Shown: positions 16,830 to 26,642 of the stretch, in pieces | Layout of the letters: each line of letters opens with the position of its first letter | How positions within the stretch are numbered: position 1 is the stretch's first letter | DNA from: Patescibacteria group bacterium | GTDB taxonomy: Bacteria; Patescibacteriota; Patescibacteriia; PEXW01 | Direction of reading: 5' to 3' | DNA: 57,314 bases | NCBI GenBank assembly: GCA_038065235.1 | Contig: JBBTRK010000007.1 | Location: 1-57,314, forward strand | Notes under the pieces: model-generated | What the model was told of the DNA's origin: nothing | What the model saw: only the letters and a program-made list of their open reading frames with translations | The model's database searches: none | Position numbers and translations under genes: made by a program

Positions 16830-19325
16830 TTAGCGAATGGTAAATCCAGCTTTCACCGCGTTCACGGTGATGGTGGCGCCCCGTTTGAACTTTTTCTCCA
16901 GGATGGCGCGGGCCAGGGGATTCTCCACTTCATCCTGGATAATCTTCCGAATTGCCCTCGCCCCTTGCTCTGGCGAGAAGCCCAGCTCGGCAATGCGCTT
17001 GATAGCCGCAGGGGTTACCAACAGTTTGTAGCTCTGCGCGGCCGCAAGCGTCTGCAGCTCGGCAATTTGAATCTGCACTATGCGCTTCACATCTTTGGCG
17101 GTCAGCGGGCGGAAGACGATGACTTTATCAATACGGTTGAGGAATTCCGGGCGGAACTGGTCTTGGAGCTGGTTCGTCACTTCATGTTTGATATCCTCGA
17201 ACTTCTCATCCGCGGCTTTCTTGGCGTCGGTGGAGACTTGGTCAAAGCCGAGCTTGGCCGTCTGGTTGAGGCTCTCCAAGCCGACGTTGCTGGTGAATAT
17301 GATGATGGTGTTCTTGAAGTTCACCTGCTTGCCGCTGCCGTCGGTCAGGTGGCCGTCTTCCAGCACTTGCAGGAGCAGGTTGAACACGTCGGGGTGGGCT
17401 TTCTCTACCTCGTCGAAGAGTACTACCGAGTAGGGCTTGCGGCGCACGGGTTCGGTGAGCTTGTTGCCTTCTTTGTATCCCACGTAACCGGCGGGGGCGC
17501 CAATGAGCTTGGTGACGTTGAAGCTCTCGCCAAACTCGCTCATGTCGATGCGGATGAGCGCGTTCTCATCTTCAAAAATTTCTCGAGCCAGAACTTTGGC
17601 CATTTCGGTCTTGCCCACCCCCGACGGACCCATGAAAATGAAAGAGCCAATGGGCCGGTTATGATTGCGCAGCCCCACCCGGGAGCGGCGGATGGCATCG
17701 GCAATGGCGTGGGCGGCTTCATCCTGGCCCACGACGTGGGTTTTCAGCTGCGATTCCAGCTTCAGCAAGCGGTCGCGCTCGTCGCTTACCAGGTCGCGGA
17801 GGGGGACGTTGGTCATGCGGCTCACCACGTCGGCAATGTCTTTACGCGTAATGGTCGCTAGCTTCTTGCGGTTCACGGGCACCAAGCTCGCCAGCTGCTG
17901 GATTTTTTCTTGCACTTGCTCGGCCGCGGTCTTAAAGCTAAGTGCTTCCTCAAAGTGCTCGTTGAGTACAGCATTTTCTTTCTGTGTGTCCAAATCTTCC
18001 AGCTGTTTCTCCAGTGCGCGTTGCTTCTTCGCTTCGGTCGAGCTGCCTTGCTCTACCTTCCGCTTGGCGGCTGCTTCGTCGATGAGGTCTATGGCTTTAT
18101 CGGGCAGGAACTTATCTTGGATGTACCGTTCGGAGAGCTCAACCGCAGCCTGAATTGCTTCGTGGGTTATGGCGATGCGGTGGAACTTTTCGTAGTTCGG
18201 TCGCAAGCCTTCCAGAATCTGCTCGGTCTCTTGCAGGCTTGGCTCGGGAACCACAATGGGTTGAAAGCGGCGCTCCAGGGCGGCGTCCGACTCAATGTGC
18301 TTGCGGTATTCATCCAAGGTCGTGGCGCCAATCACGCGCAGCTCGCCGCGCGCCAAGGCTGGCTTCAAGATGTTCGCCGCATCCATGCTACCCGCGGCCG
18401 AGCCCGCGCCGATGATGGTGTGAATCTCGTCAATGAAGACAATGATGTTGGGATCGGCCGTGATCTCTTCAATAATCTGTTTCAGGCGGGATTCAAACTC
18501 ACCGCGGTACATAGTGCCGGCAACGATGAGCGAAAGATCCAGGCGAAGAATGCGCTTGCCTTGTAAGGCGTCAGGCACATTTCCCTCCACCACCTTCTTC
18601 GCCAAGCCTTCGACAATAGCGGTCTTGCCCACGCCGGGGTCGCCGAGGAGCACGGGGTTGTTCTTGGTGCGGCGCGAGAGAATGTGGATGAGTCGTTCAA
18701 TTTCCCCTTTGCGGCCAATGACCGGGTCAATGTTCGCCTGCAGCTTGGCGTTCGTCAAATCCGTGGCGAAGAAGTCCAAGGCCGGGGTTTTACTCTGCTT
18801 CTTCTTACTGCCCTTCTCCTTCTCGTCCTTCACGTCTTCGAAGAGTTCGGTTATGTCGGGGAGTTTCGTCGTGGAGCGAAGCACCAGCACCACTTGGCCG
18901 AGCATTTCGCTGGCATCAATGTTCTGGTCGTGCCACATCTTCTGCACGAACGGCGTCTGCAGCTTGAGCAAGCCGTAGAGCAAGTGCTCGGTGCCAATGT
19001 AGCGGTGGTGGTACTTGGCTGCAATCACGCCGCTCTTTTCCACTGCCGCTTTCCCTTCCAGCGAGAGGGTCGGCTTGGCGAGCGTCGTGCGTATGGTTAT
19101 GAGGTCGGCTTCGCTATCCCGCAGCTGGATGCTCTGGCGGACGGCGTCCAGGTTGAAGTTAACTTTCTGCAGGATTTCGTAGGCAATAGAGCCCTTCTGC
19201 ACGCCCAAAGCGTACAGCAAATGCTCCGGGCCAATTGCTTTGGCGCGGTTGCCGGCAGCGAAGTTAGTGGCCTTGGCGAGCACCTCGCGCAAGTGGGTGG
19301 TGAACTTGTTGAGGATTGGTTGCAT
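16830..19325 (-). CDS. clpC: ClpC-type AAA+ chaperone/unfoldase (two ATPase domains)
   Basis: Clp_N repeats. D1 has GDPGVGKT and IVFIDEIH; a short M-domain coiled coil follows; D2 has GPSGVGKT and [11 protein letters not shown]; a KLGF loop is present. ATG at 19325; the track ORF starts at a TTG at 19349. Confidence 0.93.
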   Translation of the reverse strand: MQPILNKFTTHLREVLAKATNFAAGNRAKAIGPEHLLYALGVQKGSIAYEILQKVNFNLDAVRQSIQLRDSEADLITIRTTLAKPTLSLEGKAAVEKSGVIAAKYHHRYIGTEHLLYGLLKLQTPFVQKMWHDQNIDASEMLGQVVLVLRSTTKLPDITELFEDVKDEKEKGSKKKQSKTPALDFFATDLTNAKLQANIDPVIGRKGEIERLIHILSRRTKNNPVLLGDPGVGKTAIVEGLAKKVVEGNVPDALQGKRILRLDLSLIVAGTMYRGEFESRLKQIIEEITADPNIIVFIDEIHTIIGAGSAAGSMDAANILKPALARGELRVIGATTLDEYRKHIESDAALERRFQPIVVPEPSLQETEQILEGLRPNYEKFHRIAITHEAIQAAVELSERYIQDKFLPDKAIDLIDEAAAKRKVEQGSSTEAKKQRALEKQLEDLDTQKENAVLNEHFEEALSFKTAAEQVQEKIQQLASLVPVNRKKLATITRKDIADVVSRMTNVPLRDLVSDERDRLLKLESQLKTHVVGQDEAAHAIADAIRRSRVGLRNHNRPIGSFIFMGPSGVGKTEMAKVLAREIFEDENALIRIDMSEFGESFNVTKLIGAPAGYVGYKEGNKLTEPVRRKPYSVVLFDEVEKAHPDVFNLLLQVLEDGHLTDGSGKQVNFKNTIIIFTSNVGLESLNQTAKLGFDQVSTDAKKAADEKFEDIKHEVTNQLQDQFRPEFLNRIDKVIVFRPLTAKDVKRIVQIQIAELQTLAAAQSYKLLVTPAAIKRIAELGFSPEQGARAIRKIIQDEVENPLARAILEKKFKRGATITVNAVKAGFTIR

Positions 19326-19558
19326 AGGTTCTGCAAATACTACCACCAATAGTACACCTGGTCAACGTCGGTATTTCAGCACAAAAGTAAAAGACCACGA
19401 CGATTTAAGAAGTGGCCTTTCAAAAGAACAAAACGCTCTTTTATTTCTCTATGAGCCTTCAGTGCTACGCAGGCTCAAAACTTTTGATTTTTATTTTCAG
19501 GTACTTATGCAGTACCCTACATGTAGATACGTGAGATGAAACTCACTCCTACGCAATC

Positions 19559-19587
19559 AGTATAGCGCAAAAAAGTCGTTTTGTCAA
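19559..19587 (-). promoter_or_regulatory. Sigma70-type promoter of clpC-comFC
   Basis: Minus strand TTGACA (19587..19582), 17 nt, TATACT (19564..19559). This leaves a leader of roughly 230 nt before the clpC ATG. Confidence 0.6.
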
Positions 19588-19595
19588 CAAAAATT

Positions 19596-19659
19596 GTCAT
19601 CCTGAACTCGTTTCAGGATCTCTGGGCCCAGAGATGCCGGATGTGCTCTCCGGCATGAC
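19596..19659 (+). mobile_element. HP-A dual-hairpin element, ORF-less (MITE-like) copy
   Basis: GTCATCCTGAAC-TCG-TTTCAGGATC, linker, GATGCCGGA..TCCGGCATGAC. Same orientation and termini as the GIY-YIG-bearing copy at 44079..44437. Confidence 0.7.
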
Positions 19660-19666
19660 ACGGGAG

Positions 19667-20560
19667 TCACATCCCCCTTAATATTTTGATGCGCTCCTCA
19701 ATTGGCGGGTGGGTGGAGAACATTTTCCCAAAGCCTTTGCCATGTGCCGCCCCAAACGGGTTGGCAATATACAGCGGAGCCGTGGAGTTGTTGGCCGTTG
19801 CCATCTTGCCATCCTGGGCGGCAATTTTTTCTAAAGCGCGCGCCAGGCCTTCGGGGTAGCGGGTAAGCTGCGCCCCGCTAGCATCGGCCAAAAACTCCCG
19901 CTTGCGCGAGACAGCCAGCTGGATGAGCAAGGCGGCAATGGGCGCGAGTATGGACAAGATAATGCCGACGAGCATGAAGATACCTTGCGCGCCACCCTTG
20001 CCACCCCCCGAGCGGCGGCCGCCAAAGAAGTTGAAGCGAATAAACCAGTGCGCCAGCAGGCTGATGATACCGACGAGCACCGCGACCAGCGTCATGAAGC
20101 GTACGTCGTAATTCCCAACGTGGGAGAGCTCGTGGGCAATAACGCCTTCCAGTTCTTCGTTCTCCAGTTTCTCTAAGGCGCCAGTCGTCACGGCAATAGA
20201 CGCGTGCTGGGGGTCACGGCCCGTGGCGAACGCGTTAATTACCTCATCCTGCATGACGTACACCTTAGGGCTAGGCAGACCCGCCGTGATGGCTAAGTTT
20301 TCCACAATGCGCACCAGGTAGGGGTTCTGCTCCTTGGTCACTGCCACAGCGCCAGCAGTCCACAGGGCAACCTTGTCACCGCTAAAGTAGCCCACCAAGG
20401 TCATACCAACCGAGAAGGCGATTGCCAAGACGAGCACTCCTGGCCCAGCCGCGTAGGCTTTGGAGAAGACGTACCCAAGCGCGACGATGATGATTACGAA
20501 TGTAACGATGAGCAAAATGCTTCGGCGTTTGTTTGAGGAAATCTGGGTGTAGGTAGTCAT
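19667..20560 (-). CDS. htpX: Zinc metalloprotease HtpX (M48)
   Basis: HELSHVGNYD (HExxH) plus four TM segments and the C-terminal HPPIEERI motif. Confidence 0.92.
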   Translation of the reverse strand: MTTYTQISSNKRRSILLIVTFVIIIVALGYVFSKAYAAGPGVLVLAIAFSVGMTLVGYFSGDKVALWTAGAVAVTKEQNPYLVRIVENLAITAGLPSPKVYVMQDEVINAFATGRDPQHASIAVTTGALEKLENEELEGVIAHELSHVGNYDVRFMTLVAVLVGIISLLAHWFIRFNFFGGRRSGGGKGGAQGIFMLVGIILSILAPIAALLIQLAVSRKREFLADASGAQLTRYPEGLARALEKIAAQDGKMATANNSTAPLYIANPFGAAHGKGFGKMFSTHPPIEERIKILRGM

Positions 20561-20571
20561 AGGGATGGGGG

Positions 20572-20616
20572 GAACTAAGAACCAAGAACAGAAGAACTAA
20601 GAACTGGGAACGGGGG
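20572..20616. repeat. GAAC-rich flank of the four-helix-bundle cassette (left)
   Basis: GAACTAAGAACCAAGAACAGAAGAACTAAGAACTGGGAAC. Contains AGAACTAAGAAC, which recurs inverted at 20978..21019. Confidence 0.6.
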
Positions 20617-20620
20617 AAAT

Positions 20621-20977
20621 CTAACTTTTCATTGAATGTCGGAATCCGACGATTTGTTTAGCAATTTGTTCAGCTTCGCTTAATAGGTTTGCATGTTTAC
20701 TCGTCGATAAATATTTCTCATCGAGAGCAATATCAAGGCATGCGACGACTTCTTCAAGTGAACCCAATGCCATTGTCAGGAAGCGCGCAAAATCTTTATC
20801 CGAATGTCGATTTGAACCTTCTGCAACATTGAGGAGTATGGAATTTGCCGCTCGACGGATTTGGTCGGTGAGTGCAAAACGCTCATCTTTTGGAAAATCT
20901 GCACTCGTCTTGTAGACCAGTGAACGAAAAATTCGGGCGACTTTGTAGACTGGAAACTCTCGAAATCGAAACAGCAT
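20621..20977 (-). CDS. Four-helix-bundle protein (23S rRNA intervening-sequence protein family)
   Basis: FREFPVYKVARIF...DERFALTDQIRRAANSILLNVAEG...LGSLEEV pattern typical of the family. Confidence 0.85.
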   Translation of the reverse strand: MLFRFREFPVYKVARIFRSLVYKTSADFPKDERFALTDQIRRAANSILLNVAEGSNRHSDKDFARFLTMALGSLEEVVACLDIALDEKYLSTSKHANLLSEAEQIAKQIVGFRHSMKS

Positions 20978-21019
20978 TTCTGGTTCTCCGTTCTTAGTTC
21001 TGTGTTCTCCGTTCTTCCG
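20978..21019. repeat. GAAC-rich flank of the four-helix-bundle cassette (right, inverted)
   Basis: Reverse complement reads ...ACAGAACTAAGAACGGAGAACC. Abuts the lemA stop codon. Confidence 0.6.
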
Positions 21020-21583
21020 TTAAAACTTCACTGCCACCGGCTTGCTGGCCGCAGCTTTCTCGCTCTCCTCAAGCTGGAAGAACTCGCGCTTGGCAAAGTG
21101 GAACCAGTTGGCAATCATGTTCGTGGGCACGGTCTCGATCTTGGTATTCAAATCGCGGACGTTGCCGTTGTAGAAGCGGCGGCTGGCCTGGATCTTATTC
21201 TCGGTGTCACTGAGCTCATCCTGCAGCTTGGCGAAGTTCTCGTTGGCCTTCAGGTTTGGGTAGTTCTCCGAAACCGCAAACAAGCTCTTGAGTGTCTGGG
21301 AGAGCATGTTTTCGGCTTGGGCTTTATCGGCAATACCCGTAGCACCCATGGCTGCAGCGCGTGCCTGGGTGACGTTCTCTAGCACACCTTTCTCGTGCAG
21401 CGCGTAGCCCTTTACCGTCTCGATGAGGTTGGGGATGAGGTCGTAGCGGCGCTTCATCTGCACGTCAATGTCAGACCAGGCTTCTTCAGCTTGATTTTTT
21501 AGTTTGATGAGACCGTTGTAGCCAGTCCATAGCCACAGCAGGCCGATGATGATGAGGATGAGGAGGATCCAGAGGACTGCCAT
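21020..21583 (-). CDS. lemA: LemA family protein
   Basis: N-terminal TM helix followed by [32 protein letters not shown]...[12 protein letters not shown], typical of LemA. Confidence 0.92.
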   Translation of the reverse strand: MAVLWILLILIIIGLLWLWTGYNGLIKLKNQAEEAWSDIDVQMKRRYDLIPNLIETVKGYALHEKGVLENVTQARAAAMGATGIADKAQAENMLSQTLKSLFAVSENYPNLKANENFAKLQDELSDTENKIQASRRFYNGNVRDLNTKIETVPTNMIANWFHFAKREFFQLEESEKAAASKPVAVKF

Positions 21584-21594
21584 ATGTATTGTGG

Positions 21595-22080
21595 TTAGCG
21601 GTAGATGAGAAGACTGACTTTTGATGCTTGTACTCGGGTGGTAGAGGTATCTTTAGTACGAATCACAACTGTTGCACCGGTCTTCAGGTCGCTCTTGCTG
21701 ATGACGACGCCGTCGCCTAAGCCTTGCTTGGGGACATTTCGGTAATCCAGCTTCCGCAGGCTGGTGGAATTGCTAATGATTGCCGTCACGGTTTTTGTGG
21801 TTTCGCCCGTGCCCGTACTTAGCTCTATGCTATCCCCGAGCACTTGCTTTACCGTACCCACGATTGAAGCTTCTTTGGCTGAATCTTGGGCTTGCCCTGT
21901 AGTGGTTTCGTTGGCTGTTACGTTGGTGTTTGTCGATTCAATATTTGTCTTTGTTACTCCACTGTGACCATACCAGTACCCTGCAAAGCCGAACAGCGCT
22001 AGCAGCACGAAGACGACAGCTGTGCCGAGGATGGCTTTCTGGCGGGGGGATTGCAGTATTGGGGTAGGGGTTGTGGGCAT
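21595..22080 (-). CDS. Hypothetical membrane-anchored protein
   Basis: ATG at 22080 followed by a TM helix ([22 protein letters not shown]). Lies 11 nt upstream of lemA. A TATACA box near 22130 makes the longer 22125 start unlikely. Confidence 0.6.
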   Translation of the reverse strand: MPTTPTPILQSPRQKAILGTAVVFVLLALFGFAGYWYGHSGVTKTNIESTNTNVTANETTTGQAQDSAKEASIVGTVKQVLGDSIELSTGTGETTKTVTAIISNSTSLRKLDYRNVPKQGLGDGVVISKSDLKTGATVVIRTKDTSTTRVQASKVSLLIYR

Positions 22081-22200
22081 AAGTTTTATCCTGCTTATTT
22101 TTGGTGCTAGCCAGGATTTTGCCAAAGTTGTATACTATTTACACTACACGTAGAGTATAGTCCAACGTGGCAGCCCTAGCAAACCTAGGTTAAACCCCTT

Positions 22201-23592
22201 ATGAAAAAAGCAAAAACGTCTCGCCAACCCCTTGCCCCCCGGTGGATTCCCCTAAGCGTGGTTGGGGCAATTTTGGTGTTTACGGGTTTTGCCGGGTACC
22301 AGGTGGTTTCTGCGGCTTTTACCAATCCAGGTTGTGACCCTACGGCTGTTAACGGCCCAGCTCAGTGCAACACCGCCGCGCCACTATTACTAAGCCCGAC
22401 CGATAAAAACACAGCGCAAATAGTTGAAACACCGCTGCAGATTGGGTTAACGGGATCTGGGAGTAAAGATTTACTGCTTTACGGTAATGTCACCCTCTCG
22501 GAATCAGGGAAAATGATTCAGACTGCCACGGGTTACACCGGCACGGCCATTGACTTATTTACGAGTGCTTCTACACCGGCACTGAAAGTTAACAATATCG
22601 GTATAGGTGCTGGTATTCAGGCAACGGCGATGAGCGGCAACGCCATTTACGCTTCAAGCGCAGGTAGTGGCAACGCCGCTTTATTAGAAGGTCCGGTGGT
22701 GTACAGGACTGGAGCTAATACTGCAACACTTAAAGTAGACTCTGACGGCAACCTTAACATTCAAACCTCGGTTACTACTAAAGGTTTGACCGTGAATAGT
22801 GCGCCAGTTGGAGGGAGCTCCAAAAGTGTAACTGACACTGCCACGGGTTCCCAAACAAAGTCTGTTGACCTTAAACCAAGCTTCGGTACCGGCAATGCGT
22901 ACACGCTCACAGGCGCACAAGTACTGTATTGGGATACAACGCAGACCGGCAACAATAAGGATTGGAAGCCTATGCCCGCCGCGAACGTGACGTACAATGA
23001 ATGTGTGAATGGCGTGTTTACTGCTGGGCTCACCCTGGTGAACCCAATAGCCAACGCCGTTAACTATCGGATATTTATTACCTACACCACAGCGACTGTG
23101 GGCTGCCCGGGTGCAGATACAACGCCGCCGGCCATTACTAACGTTGGCGGTGTAGGAGTAGCAGCAAATTGGTGGGTTGGGGGGGCAACAACAGCATCCC
23201 CGATAGCGCTTAAGGCAACTATAAATGACGCTGGCGGGGTGGATAATACAGTTAATTTTGTAAAGTTTAAACTTGATGGAGTGAATATTAATACTACAGC
23301 TCCGGCAAAAGCTGGTAACACGTATACCATCTCGCCGAATTGGACACCTGCCTTCGCAAATAATACAACCTCACCTCCCGTCGGCGCCACCAGCCCCCGA
23401 AACATCACAGTGTACGCTTGTGATATTTACAGCAACTGCGCTGAATCGACTTCCCTACCCCTGCAAGTGACGGTTAATCAAAATTACGAGCCTTGCCAGC
23501 TCACCCGATGCTTACAAGGCAGCGCAACACCATCGTGCGGTTGCGGAGATGGCATTTGCCGTGGAATAGATGCGCTTTGTCCCGCAGGATAA
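22201..23592 (+). CDS. Hypothetical secreted/anchored protein (463 aa)
   Basis: N-terminal TM/signal anchor, a Thr/Gly/Asn-rich beta-type sequence and a C-terminal Cys cluster (CQLTRCLQGSATPSCGCGDGICRGIDALC). Confidence 0.7.
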   Translation: MKKAKTSRQPLAPRWIPLSVVGAILVFTGFAGYQVVSAAFTNPGCDPTAVNGPAQCNTAAPLLLSPTDKNTAQIVETPLQIGLTGSGSKDLLLYGNVTLSESGKMIQTATGYTGTAIDLFTSASTPALKVNNIGIGAGIQATAMSGNAIYASSAGSGNAALLEGPVVYRTGANTATLKVDSDGNLNIQTSVTTKGLTVNSAPVGGSSKSVTDTATGSQTKSVDLKPSFGTGNAYTLTGAQVLYWDTTQTGNNKDWKPMPAANVTYNECVNGVFTAGLTLVNPIANAVNYRIFITYTTATVGCPGADTTPPAITNVGGVGVAANWWVGGATTASPIALKATINDAGGVDNTVNFVKFKLDGVNINTTAPAKAGNTYTISPNWTPAFANNTTSPPVGATSPRNITVYACDIYSNCAESTSLPLQVTVNQNYEPCQLTRCLQGSATPSCGCGDGICRGIDALCPAG

Positions 23593-23750
23593 ATTACGGT
23601 GTGTTTTTACTAGTATAGGAAAAGAGATACGATTCATCTTCGAACTTTGATCTCTGCACGGTAGCAAACCAGGTTGCTGACTGTGCTTCTGATATTTGTA
23701 CAGCAGTTGGGATTGGCAAAGGGTATTGCGCAGAGGCTTGTGATTGCATT

Positions 23751-23884
23751 TGTCAGGGCACTTGCTAGTTGGCGGAGCCAGGCGGGAGCAATCCCGTTGT
23801 ATTAAGAACCAACATATTAAACACGCTGACCTTGAAGTTCGGCGGGATTGCCGCACCCTCGCAAGGCTCGGGCTCGCAATGACA
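23751..23884 (-). repeat. HP-B palindromic element (inverted copy, left terminus degraded)
   Basis: GCAATCCCGTTGTATTAAGAACCAACATATTAAACA...GGCTCGCAATGACA matches the reverse complement of the 39765..39891 element almost base for base. Confidence 0.7.
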
Positions 23885-23889
23885 ATGGG

Positions 23890-24090
23890 GCAATCCCGTT
23901 TAACTTCGAGACCAGTTTTTTATATTGGTGCTTGATAAACGGGATTACCACCCCGCCTCGGTCTGCTGCCCTCGGCACCCCTCCTCAATCGAGGAGGGGA
24001 GTCGCATACAAAGAGGCTAATATATTGACTCTCCCCCTTAGCCAAGGGGGAGCAACAATAAATTTCTCTCCACCAACTCAGGGGGTAATT
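23890..24090 (+). repeat. 201-bp direct repeat A (HP-B core plus HP-C hairpin modules)
   Basis: Aligns with 25199..25400 with about 5 mismatches and 1 indel. Contains hairpins CCCCTCCTC..GAGGAGGGG and CTCCCCCTT..AAGGGGGAG. Confidence 0.85.
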
Positions 24091-24304
24091 GGATTCAAAT
24101 TACCACCCCGTCTCCACCTTTGCATGGTTATTATTATCCCCTCCTTTAAAAGGAGGGGTAGGGGTGGTCACTTTCCTTCCGCCGACGCAGAGGGTAGTTC
24201 TGGTAGTTATTTTGTGTACCCATACGTTTGATATTCACTGTTTTTCGGCGCGTTGACCCGTGGTACACTTACCATATATGGTTGGCACAAATGGCAAAAA
24301 AACA

Positions 24305-25138
24305 ATGACCCCAGTGCCCACGAAGATCGCGGTTTTTCGCGGAAAGGAAGTCCGAAAAACCATTCACCAAGATGAGTGGTGGTTTGTGGTGGAAGACGTT
24401 GTCACCGTCTTGACCGACTCCAGCGACCCCAAGCAGTACATCAACCGTATGCGTCAGCGGGATCCCGAGCTCGCCAAAGGGTGGGTACAATTTGTACATA
24501 CCCTTGCCATTGTCACCCCTGGCGGCTCTCAACAGATGAACTGTGCCAACACCGAAGGTATCTTCCGCATCATCCAGTCTGTCCCATCCCCGAAGGCCGA
24601 GCCGTTCAAGCGGTGGCTAGCGAAGGTTGGGTACGAGCGGATTCAGGAGATAGAAGATCCAGAAATCGCAACAAAGCGTACCCGCGCCCTGTACAAGGCC
24701 AAGGGTTACCCGGATGACTGGATTGAGAAACGCATGCGCGGCATTGCTATCCGCGAGGAGCTCACGGATGAGTGGCAGCAGCGTGGGGTGAAAGAAGATA
24801 CCGAGTACTCAATCCTCACTGCGGAAATATCAAAAGCCACCTTCGGCATGACCCCGACCGAGTACAAGGCATTCAAAGGTCTCAACCGGCAGAACCTGCG
24901 TGACCATATGAACGACCTAGAGCTTATTTTCTCCATGCTTGGCGAGGCGGCAACGACGGAGATCGCACGGCACAAAGATTCTCAAGGTTTCGACGAAAAT
25001 CGTGAGGCAGCCCGCAAGGGCGGTACCATTGCAGGTGGAGCCAGGAAAAAACTTGAGAAGGAATCCGGCAAACGTGTTTCCACCAAGCAGAACTACCTGA
25101 AGGATCCGAAAGCGAAGAAGCGGATCACGAATCGTTAG
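24305..25138 (+). CDS. Bro-N domain protein, DinD (DNA-damage-inducible protein D)-like
   Basis: The N-terminus (IAVFRGKEVRKTIHQDEWWFVVEDVVTVLTDS...NTEGIFRIIQSVPSPKAEPFKRWLA) fits a Bro-N fold. The C-terminal half is DinD-like. Start at 24305 chosen; 24278 and 24260 are alternatives. Confidence 0.75.
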   Translation: MTPVPTKIAVFRGKEVRKTIHQDEWWFVVEDVVTVLTDSSDPKQYINRMRQRDPELAKGWVQFVHTLAIVTPGGSQQMNCANTEGIFRIIQSVPSPKAEPFKRWLAKVGYERIQEIEDPEIATKRTRALYKAKGYPDDWIEKRMRGIAIREELTDEWQQRGVKEDTEYSILTAEISKATFGMTPTEYKAFKGLNRQNLRDHMNDLELIFSMLGEAATTEIARHKDSQGFDENREAARKGGTIAGGARKKLEKESGKRVSTKQNYLKDPKAKKRITNR

Positions 25139-25176
25139 TTTATTCCCGCTGAACCTCGAGACCAGCTCGTACGTAT

Positions 25177-25400
25177 TGTCATTGCGAGCAGCAGCGAAGC
25201 AATCCCGCTGAACTTCGAGACCAGTTTTTTATATTGGTGCTTGATAAACGGGATTACCACCCCGCCTCGGTCTGCTGCCCTCGGCACCCCTCCTCAATCG
25301 AGGAGGGGAGTCGCATACAAAGAGGCTAATATATTGACTCTCCCCCTTAGCCAAGGGGGAGCAACAAAAAATTTCTCTCAGCCAACTCAAGGGGGTAATT
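25177..25400 (+). repeat. HP-B left terminus (25177..25198) plus 202-bp direct repeat B (25199..25400)
   Basis: TGTCATTGCGAGCAGCAGCGAA followed by a near-identical copy of repeat A. Confidence 0.85.
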
Positions 25401-25456
25401 CTCCTGTTACATTAGACGCGGTTGATTTTTGGCAATAAATATAAGATAATTAGCTC

Positions 25457-26503
25457 ATGGCTAAAGAATTACGCCTGCCAGAATCGGATTTTCTCCTCTA
25501 CACCACGCCCGCAGGCGACGTGCGAGTGGACGTATTGTTTTCGGACGAATCAGTCTGGCTGACGCAAAAGCGTATGGCCGAGCTTTTTGAGACTACGCCG
25601 CAAAATATTACCATTCATTTGAAAAACCTCTACGCAGAGGGTGAAATAAGCGAAGCATCAACTTGTAAGGAATTTTTACAAGTTCAGAAAGAAGGTCCCA
25701 GGGAGATAGAGCGAAAAACCTTATTTTATAAACTCGAAGCCATCATTTCGGTTGGGTATCGAGTGAACTCTGAAAAGGCCGTTCGTTTTCGTCAATGGGC
25801 GACTAAAACCTTACGCGAATTTGTTATAAAAGGTTTTGTTTTGGATGATGAACGACTAAAAAATGGGGTGCATTTTGGAAAGGATTATTTTGATGATTTG
25901 TTGGAACGTATTCGTGAGATACGTATTAGTGAACGCAGGTTGTACCAAAAAATTGGAGATATTTACGAAACCGCTGCCGATTATGACGGCACAAGCGAAG
26001 CGACAAAAAAGTTTTTTGCTTTTGTGCAGAATAAATTGCACTTTGCGGTTACCGGAAAAACTGCCGCAGAAATTGTCCGCTATAGATCAGATAGTGGCAA
26101 AAAACACATGGGGCTTACTTCTTGGCGGCAAAGCCCTAAAGGCAAGATTATTAAGATTGATATTGGGGTAGCAAAAAATTACCTCAACGAAAAAGAATTA
26201 GGGAGCCTACGGCGAATAGTCTCCGCCTTTCTTGACCTTGCGGAAGATCGGGCAACCCGTGGCATAGTAACTACTATGTCACAATGGGCTGAATTTATTG
26301 ATAAGTATTTGAGCCTGGGTAGCTATAAAGTTTTACAAGGAGCAGGGGGTATTTCTCATGAAAAAGCAATTGCACATGCTGAAAAGGAATTTATAAAGTA
26401 CCGAATAATACAGGATCGTGCCTTTGTCTCCGACTTTGACCGTGAAACGCAGAAGTACCTCAAAGTTTCCAAGTCCGCTAAACCAAAGAGGCGAAAATTA
26501 TAA
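25457..26503 (+). CDS. rhuM: RhuM family virulence/defence-island protein
   Basis: Full-length resemblance to RhuM proteins as recalled (LLYTTPAGDVRVDVLFSDESVWLTQKRMAELF...VGYRVNSEKAVRFRQWATKTLREF...ISERRLYQKI). Confidence 0.8.
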   Translation: MAKELRLPESDFLLYTTPAGDVRVDVLFSDESVWLTQKRMAELFETTPQNITIHLKNLYAEGEISEASTCKEFLQVQKEGPREIERKTLFYKLEAIISVGYRVNSEKAVRFRQWATKTLREFVIKGFVLDDERLKNGVHFGKDYFDDLLERIREIRISERRLYQKIGDIYETAADYDGTSEATKKFFAFVQNKLHFAVTGKTAAEIVRYRSDSGKKHMGLTSWRQSPKGKIIKIDIGVAKNYLNEKELGSLRRIVSAFLDLAEDRATRGIVTTMSQWAEFIDKYLSLGSYKVLQGAGGISHEKAIAHAEKEFIKYRIIQDRAFVSDFDRETQKYLKVSKSAKPKRRKL

Positions 26504-26509
26504 TTTAGA

Positions 26510-26640
26510 TTTTCTCCACCAACTCAGGGGGTAATTAGTTTCAAATTACCACCCCGTCTCGGTCTGTTGACCTCGACTCCGGGGTGCTTCCGATGGGTCG
26601 CACCCGCCTTCGACCCCCTCCTCCGAGAGGAGGGGTGATT
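26510..26640 (+). repeat. Partial third copy of the repeat-A tail plus an HP-C-like hairpin
   Basis: TTTTCTCCACCAACTCAGGGGGTAATT..AAATTACCACCCCGTCTC matches 24063..24114. It is followed by the hairpin CCCCCTCCTCCGAGAGGAGGGG. Confidence 0.7.
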
Positions 26641-26642
26641 AA

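Noticed and set aside
16704-19352. Large + strand ORFs (385, 218, 222, 181, 162 aa) opposite comFC and clpC
   Set aside because: They are antisense shadow ORFs of a GC-rich gene. ClpC and ComFC motifs are unambiguous on the minus strand.
19360-19376. CtsR-operator-like sequence GGTCAACGTCGGTATTT upstream of clpC
   Set aside because: Only the first heptad matches GGTCAAA well (6/7); the second matches 4/7. There is no ctsR gene in the window.
23848-25438. ORFs 23848..24231 and 25241..25438, which share an identical peptide (INGITTPPRSAALGTPPQSRRGVAYKEANILTLPLSQGGAT)
   Set aside because: The identity simply reflects translation of the 201-bp direct repeats A and B. The frames cross several hairpins and lack start contexts.
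23751-26640. Possibility that the hairpin repeats here and at 39765..40608 are a CRISPR array
   Set aside because: There is no constant repeat length and no regular repeat-spacer periodicity. The repeats are mosaics of different modules, full-size genes lie between them, and no cas genes are present in the window.
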